From an uncultured Alistipes sp. (GTDB lineage: Bacteria; Bacteroidota; Bacteroidia; Bacteroidales; Rikenellaceae): DNA of 64,000 bases. The DNA lies in the NCBI GenBank assembly GCA_910584485.1, contig CAJUAV010000003.1, positions 16,426-80,425 on the forward strand. The letters are read 5' to 3'. The translations under genes and the position numbers were made by a program. The notes beneath the pieces were generated by a model that had not been told where the DNA came from, did no database searches, and saw only the letters and a list, made by a program, of their open reading frames with translations. Positions within the stretch are counted from its first letter, which is position 1; every line of letters starts with the position of its first letter. Positions 58,995 through 64,000 of this stretch are shown here, piece after piece.

Positions 58995-59612
58995 TTATTT
59001 GAGGTGGAACACCTTCTTGAAGGCGTTGCCGAGGTAGAGCAGGTAGGGTCGCAGGCGCGAATGGCGGGGCTGCTCCTTCGCGGGATCGTAGAGCATGCCC
59101 GTGCAGAGGCACATGCGGCGCTTGTTGCGCTGGAGGATGTCGTAGTTGCAGCATCCTTCGCAACCCTTCCAGAATTCGTCGTCCTCGGTCAGCTCGGAGA
59201 AGGTGACAGGCGTGTAACCCATACGCGAGTTGAGCTTCATCACGGGCAGCGAAGTCGTGATACTGAACAACTTGGCGTACGGGAATCGTCGTCGGGCCAG
59301 CTCGAAGGTTCGTCGTTTGATGCGTTCGGCGAGTCCCATGTGGCGGTACTCGGGATCGACGATCAGACCGGAGGTGGCGACGAAGTCGCCGTGTCCCCAA
59401 CATTCGATGTAGCTGAATCCGATCAGCTTTTCTCCGTCCAGCGCCACGACGGCCTTGCCGCCCGTGATCTTTGCCGCGATGTATTCGGGCGATCGTTTGG
59501 CGATGCCCGTACCCCGCTGCAAGGCCGACTCGTAGATGAGCGTGCAGATGCGTTCGGCATACTGCGCGTGCTGCGGTTCGGCGAATACGACGCTGATGGC
59601 TTTGTTGTTCAT
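58995..59612 (-). CDS. Bacteroidota arg-operon GNAT (putative N-acyl-glutamate synthase, ArgA-like)
   Basis: RGTGIAKR, SGLIVDPEYR, FWKGCEGC.NYDIL..CLCTGMLYDP; first gene of the arg operon. Confidence 0.75.
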   Translation of the reverse strand: MNNKAISVVFAEPQHAQYAERICTLIYESALQRGTGIAKRSPEYIAAKITGGKAVVALDGEKLIGFSYIECWGHGDFVATSGLIVDPEYRHMGLAERIKRRTFELARRRFPYAKLFSITTSLPVMKLNSRMGYTPVTFSELTEDDEFWKGCEGCCNYDILQRNKRRMCLCTGMLYDPAKEQPRHSRLRPYLLYLGNAFKKVFHLK

Positions 59613-59673
59613 CTTTGCGGAATGGGTGGAATGGGATTTATGAAGGTGAATGAAAAACGGATGTCGTCCGAGG

Positions 59674-61881
59674 TCAGTTCATGCGGAAGGCGCGTTGCAC
59701 GCCCTTGATGCGCAGGATACTGTGGATCAGGGCGTCGACGGCCACGGCACTCGGCACCTCGACGTCGATCGTGCCCGAGAGGATGCCGCCGCTGCCCGCC
59801 GCGAAATGGATCGAGCGGATGTTGAGGCGCAGTTCGCGGCTGATGACCTCCGTGATGTGGTTGGCCATGCCCGTCGTGTCGGCCGCGACGATGCGCAGCG
59901 TCACGCGGAAAGCCCCCTCGGAGTTCTGCCGCCAGCGCGCTTCGATGACGCGGTAGGGGTAGTTCTCGCGCATGCGCTTGGCGTTCGGGCAGTCGGTGCG
60001 GTGGATCGTGATCCCCGCGTTGATCGTGACGAAGCCGAAGACCTCGTCCCCCTTGATCGGGTTGCAGCAGCGCGCCAGCTTGTACTGGATCTTCGAGATG
60101 TCGTCGTCGATCACCAGCGCGTCGGTCGAGGGGCGCTCCTGCCGGCCGGCGGCGCGGTCGGCCCGCTCGGCCGCCTTCTGCCGCTCCTGTTCGGCGGCGG
60201 CCCGCTGCCGTTCAAGCTCCGCCTCGCCCGACAGATGGCGCGTCAGTAGCTCCTTGATGGTCTGAAAATCGAGCTTGTTGGTGGCGATCAGGGCGTAGAC
60301 CTCCGTGCCGAGGCGCAGCTTGTAGTATTTGGCCAGGTAGCTGACCGCCTCGTCGACCGAGAGGGCCAGTTTCCAGTTCTTGAGTTTGCGTTCGAGCTCC
60401 TCGCGTCCGAGCCGCGTGTGCTTGGCCTGCTCCTCGCGCAGGAAGGCCTTGATGCGGTTCTTGGCTTTCGAGGTGGTGACGAACGAGAGCCAGTCGGCCT
60501 TCGGCGTCTGGTTCTTCTGGGTGAGGATCTCGACGATGTCGCCGTTGTGGAGCACCTCGCGGATCGAGGCCGAGCGGTTGTTGATCTTGCCGCCCGTGCA
60601 GCTCGCGCCGAGGTTCGAGTGGATGTCGAAGGCGAAATCGAGCACGCAGGCCCCTTCGGGGAGCTTGCGCAGGTCGCCGTTGGGGGTGAAGACGAAGATT
60701 TCGCCCGAGGCGGGTTTGGCGTCGAAGCGCTGCGCGAGCGAATGGGTCGTCTCTTCGAGCGCCTCGCGCAGGCGGCCGAGCCACTGTTCGCTCGTCTGCG
60801 CCCCCTGCTGCACCCCCTTGTAGCGCCAGTGGGCGGCGATGCCGCGTTCGGCCACGGCGTCCATGCGCTCGGTGCGGATCTGCACCTCGACCCAGCGTCC
60901 CTCGGCCGAGACGGTCGCGTGGAGCGACTCGTAGCCGTTCGACTTGGGGATCGAGATCCAGTCGCGCATGCGGTTCGTGTTGGGGGTGTAGAAATCGGTC
61001 ACGACCGAATAGACGGTCCAGCAGAGCGGTTTCTCCTGCTCGGGCGGACAGTCGATGATGATGCGCAGCGCGAAGATGTCGTAGACCCCCTCGAACGGGA
61101 CGCGCTGCTTGCGCATCTTGTTCCAGATCGAGTAGATCGACTTCGTGCGGCTCTTGATGTGGTAGCGGATGCCGAGCGTGCGCAGCTTCGCCTCGATCGG
61201 GACGAGGAATTTGGCGATGAAGGCGCGCCGCTCGTCGGCGCTCTCTTCGAGCTTCTGCGAAATGTGTTCGAAATCCTTCGGTTCGAGGTATTTGAGGGCG
61301 AGATCCTCCAGCTCGCTCTTGATGCCGTAGAGGCCCAGCTTGTGGGCGATCTGCGCATAGAGGTTCATCGCCTCCCAGCTCTTCTTGCGCCGTTTCTCGG
61401 GCGGGAAGATGGCGAGCGAACGCATCACCTCCAGCCGGTCGGCCAGCTTGATGAGGATCACGCGCGGATCTTCGGAGTAGCTGACGATCAGGTCGCGGAA
61501 ATTCTCGGCCTGCTCCTTGGCATCCTTCAGGCGGAGCCCCGAGATGTTGGCCAGGCCGACGGTGATGCCCGCCGCCTCGTCGCCGAAGCGTTCGCGGAAG
61601 CGCTGCATGAAGGCCAGAAATTCGGCTGCGGGGAGACGCTTGTGCTGCAGGCGCACGATGTCGTGCAGGATCGAGGCGACGGTCGAGTTGCGGCCGAGGC
61701 CGATCTCTTCGATGGCGATGCGGGCAACGGCGACGGCATGGTCGAGCAGCGGGCTGCCGTCGTAGCGGAGCTCGTCTGCCAGAAATTCGTCGGCGTAGGC
61801 GAGAGCGTCGTCGACGAGGCGCTGCGTCGTCTCGGAGAACGACGCACGCACCAGCGCGCGCAGTTGTTCGTATCGTGCCAT
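59674..61881 (-). CDS. relA: Long RelA/SpoT homolog (degenerate HD, synthetase, TGS, ZFD, ACT domains)
   Basis: KLADRL, RTKSIYSI, YDIFALRI, KSNGYESLH, EVQIRT, AAHWRYK, FVFTPNG, LARCCNPI. Confidence 0.9.
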   Translation of the reverse strand: MARYEQLRALVRASFSETTQRLVDDALAYADEFLADELRYDGSPLLDHAVAVARIAIEEIGLGRNSTVASILHDIVRLQHKRLPAAEFLAFMQRFRERFGDEAAGITVGLANISGLRLKDAKEQAENFRDLIVSYSEDPRVILIKLADRLEVMRSLAIFPPEKRRKKSWEAMNLYAQIAHKLGLYGIKSELEDLALKYLEPKDFEHISQKLEESADERRAFIAKFLVPIEAKLRTLGIRYHIKSRTKSIYSIWNKMRKQRVPFEGVYDIFALRIIIDCPPEQEKPLCWTVYSVVTDFYTPNTNRMRDWISIPKSNGYESLHATVSAEGRWVEVQIRTERMDAVAERGIAAHWRYKGVQQGAQTSEQWLGRLREALEETTHSLAQRFDAKPASGEIFVFTPNGDLRKLPEGACVLDFAFDIHSNLGASCTGGKINNRSASIREVLHNGDIVEILTQKNQTPKADWLSFVTTSKAKNRIKAFLREEQAKHTRLGREELERKLKNWKLALSVDEAVSYLAKYYKLRLGTEVYALIATNKLDFQTIKELLTRHLSGEAELERQRAAAEQERQKAAERADRAAGRQERPSTDALVIDDDISKIQYKLARCCNPIKGDEVFGFVTINAGITIHRTDCPNAKRMRENYPYRVIEARWRQNSEGAFRVTLRIVAADTTGMANHITEVISRELRLNIRSIHFAAGSGGILSGTIDVEVPSAVAVDALIHSILRIKGVQRAFRMN

Positions 61882-61909
61882 TTTCGCGGAAATTAACCTA
61901 ACTAATCGG

Positions 61910-61917
61910 CAAAGTTA
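61910..61917 (-). promoter_or_regulatory. -7 element (TAACTTTG) for relA
   Basis: Exact consensus on the minus strand, 28 nt upstream of ATG 61881. Confidence 0.65.
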
Positions 61918-61942
61918 CGAAAAAGCGGGGGGAAAAGCCAGG

Positions 61943-62330
61943 AATTGAAAATGAAAAATGAAAAATTAAGAATCGGAAGGGGAGGGGCGGCGTCAAACGG
62001 TTCGACGGCGCAGTTTCGGCAGGATGTCTCGGTCATTGCGCAGCAATGGCAGCCCGCAGCCGCCCTCGGGCGGAGGGCTGCCACTCGCCGACAGGCTCGT
62101 GCCGCCTCCGCTCGGCTGCGGGCAGCGCGAAAATGCGCGCGTCTGCGCGGCGGGCCGCAGCTGACGAGTGTACGCTCCGCAGGCTTCGATCCGAACGGTT
62201 CGCGCTTTAGCGCGGCGGGCCGCAGCTTCGCCCCTGCGAAGGCCCGCAGCTCGCGTCCGCTCGTGCGTCCCTTCGCAAGCTGCTGCCCGAAAAACACGTG
62301 TAAAGCAAGGGCCGTTCACCGCCGCCCGCT
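61943..62330. repeat. Mosaic intergenic element E12 (GNAT-relA gap; heptamer array 61943-61973)
   Basis: aattgaaaatgaaaaatgaaaaattaagaat, then reverse pair 3, partial pair 2 and reverse pair 1. Confidence 0.88.
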
Positions 62331-62365
62331 TCAGGCATGTTGTGCGCGCGTTGCGGGTTGCGCCC

Positions 62366-63415
62366 CTACCGCTCCGCAAGCGCCGTCCCGTTGTTCGACG
62401 CCTCCCACTCCGCGCGTGTCAGGCGCGAAAAGTGCTCCGTGCGCCGATCGCCGAGCAGCGTCGGTTTGTCGTATTCGATGTGGTGGTAGCGGAAGCCGCA
62501 CTTCTCCTGTACGCGGCGCGAGCGGTCGTTGCCGTCGTACCACCCACACCAGAGCGCCTCCAGCCCCAGTTCGTCGAAGGCGCGCCGCTGTACCGCCCGC
62601 ACCGCCTCGGGGATGAGGCCGCGGCCCCAGAAGGGCCGGCCGATCCAGTAGCCGATCTCCGCCTCGCGCCCTCCGACCTCGGCCGTGTGGACCGACTCGG
62701 CGAAATGCAGCCCCACGGCGCCCACCGGCTCGTCGCTTTCGCGCAGCGCCGCGGCGTAGACCTCGGGAGCCGAGAAAACGGTGCGGATGATCGCGCGGCT
62801 CTCTTCGACCGAGCGATGGGGCACCCAACCCGCCATCGGCCCCACGGCGGGGTCCTGCGCGTAGCGGTAGAGTGTTTCGGCATCCGTTTCGCGCCAGGGG
62901 CGCAGCCGCAGCCGTTCGGTCTCGATGACCACCTCGGCGCGCTCCTTCCGAAAGCGGATCATGTCGCGCAGGGTGATCCCCTCCTCGACGATGGGGCGGT
63001 CGTAGTTGTCGCGGAAGAAATCGGGGATGCGGTGCGTGAAGCGGAAGCCGCACGCCTCGTAGAAACGGCGGTTCGAGGGCGTTTCGCCCGTGCCGACGAG
63101 CAGCTGCCGCGTGCGGGGGCCGCAGCAGCGTTCGGCGTGGGCCAGCAGCTGCCGTCCCAACCCCTGCCGCCGAAAGGGGGCCGCGACGGCGATGTTCTTG
63201 ATTTCGCTGCACCCCTCCTCCTCGTCCGTCACGACGCAGACGCCGCACGGGAGGTCGCCGCGGAAGAGGACGTAGAGGGTGCCCCGATCGAGGTAACGGT
63301 CGATCATCCGCTCCGACTCGTCGCCGACGAGCAGCAGCGGCAGGTAGCGGCGTTTGTCGTGTTCGATGCGTTCGATGCGGATGGCGCATGCGGCGGGGGT
63401 GCGGGGCGTTTCCAT
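62366..63415 (-). CDS. Tandem GNAT fusion (N-terminal GNAT plus RimJ/RimL-like GNAT)
   Basis: EIKNIAV..RRQGLGR and ETERLRLRPW..EIGYWIGRPFWGRGL..NDRSRRVQEKCGF. Confidence 0.85.
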   Translation of the reverse strand: METPRTPAACAIRIERIEHDKRRYLPLLLVGDESERMIDRYLDRGTLYVLFRGDLPCGVCVVTDEEEGCSEIKNIAVAAPFRRQGLGRQLLAHAERCCGPRTRQLLVGTGETPSNRRFYEACGFRFTHRIPDFFRDNYDRPIVEEGITLRDMIRFRKERAEVVIETERLRLRPWRETDAETLYRYAQDPAVGPMAGWVPHRSVEESRAIIRTVFSAPEVYAAALRESDEPVGAVGLHFAESVHTAEVGGREAEIGYWIGRPFWGRGLIPEAVRAVQRRAFDELGLEALWCGWYDGNDRSRRVQEKCGFRYHHIEYDKPTLLGDRRTEHFSRLTRAEWEASNNGTALAER

Positions 63416-63432
63416 GGCGGTGTTTTTGCGAA

Positions 63433-63554
63433 CAAAGATAGGGATTTTCGGCCGTCCGCCCGCGCCGCGGCGGGATTTTTGCGCGCTTCGGGAGGGCCTC
63501 CGCGCGGCATCGGCCGCACCGGTTTGCTTTTGCGCCCGCTTTTTCGTACCTTCG
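63433..63554. promoter_or_regulatory. Divergent promoters: TATCTTTG (minus, 63433-63440) and TTTG-N20-TACCTTCG (plus, 63523-63554)
   Basis: Consensus or near-consensus elements at the expected distance from the GNAT and nitroreductase starts. Confidence 0.55.
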
Positions 63555-63576
63555 ACTGCACAAAACCGATCCGAAC

Positions 63577-64000
63577 ATGGAATTTTACGAACTGCTCCGC
63601 CGCCGCCGCTCGATCCGCAAGTACGAGCCGCGCCCCGTCCCCGCCGAGGTGGTCGACCGCCTCTTGCAGGCGACCCTTACCGCCCCCTCGTCGCGCAACA
63701 CCCGTTCGACCCACCTGCTGGTGGTCGACCGCCCCGACCTCATCGAGCGCATGGCCGCCATGCGCGACTACGGCTCGGCCTTCCTGAAGGGGGCCCCGCT
63801 GGCGATCCTCGTGCTGGGCGACACGACGGCGGGCGATCTGTGGCAGGTAAACTGCGCCATCTCGGCCACGCTGCTCCAGCTCGCCTGCGTCGAGGAGGGG
63901 CTCGGCTCCTGCTGGGTCCACGTCGACGGCCGTCCCCGCCTCAAGGCGGAGCCTGCGGGCGAACAGGCGGCCGATTACCTGCGGTCGTTCCTGCCGATTC
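63577..64000 (+). CDS. Nitroreductase family protein (3'-partial)
   Basis: Manual translation MEFYELLRRRRSIRKY..APSSRN..GLGSCWV; open to the window end. Confidence 0.88.
   Translation, partial: MEFYELLRRRRSIRKYEPRPVPAEVVDRLLQATLTAPSSRNTRSTHLLVVDRPDLIERMAAMRDYGSAFLKGAPLAILVLGDTTAGDLWQVNCAISATLLQLACVEEGLGSCWVHVDGRPRLKAEPAGEQAADYLRSFLPI

Overview
High-GC Bacteroidota DNA, Alistipes/Rikenellaceae-like by inference (TAnnTTTG promoters, no Shine-Dalgarno sequences, Bacteroidota-type arg and dcw genes). Gene content falls into four blocks. (1) 1-33.7 kb: a divergent 12-gene locus whose proteins match, by recalled architecture, the rhamnogalacturonan-II (RG-II) depolymerases of Bacteroides thetaiotaomicron (GH2, GH137-GH2, GH138, three GH78, GH127, GH143-GH142, two CE19-like esterases, GH140, GH33 domain), plus an IolF-like MFS permease. 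(2) 34.4-45.2 kb: a truncated dcw cluster (rsmH-ftsL-ftsI-murE-mraY-murD-ftsW). (3) 45.3-50.5 kb: glsA/glsB-like acyltransferases and an ABC-2 exporter. (4) 51.2-64 kb: a succinyl-type arginine operon, an RSH (relA/spoT) gene, a double GNAT and a nitroreductase. The most unusual signal is non-coding: twelve intergenic mosaic elements (about 6 kb in total) built from shuffled modules. Four sequence-distinct module pairs share one grammar: a 13-15 nt 'key', a spacer, then a bulged hairpin that contains the split reverse complement of the key. The elements also carry covarying CGA..TCG hairpins. Seven end in an AAT(T/G)AA(A/G) heptamer array that encodes stop codons in successive frames and has given three unrelated proteins the same C-terminus (-MKN*). 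No transposase, rRNA, tRNA or CRISPR array was seen. Family assignments come from motif recognition, not database searches.
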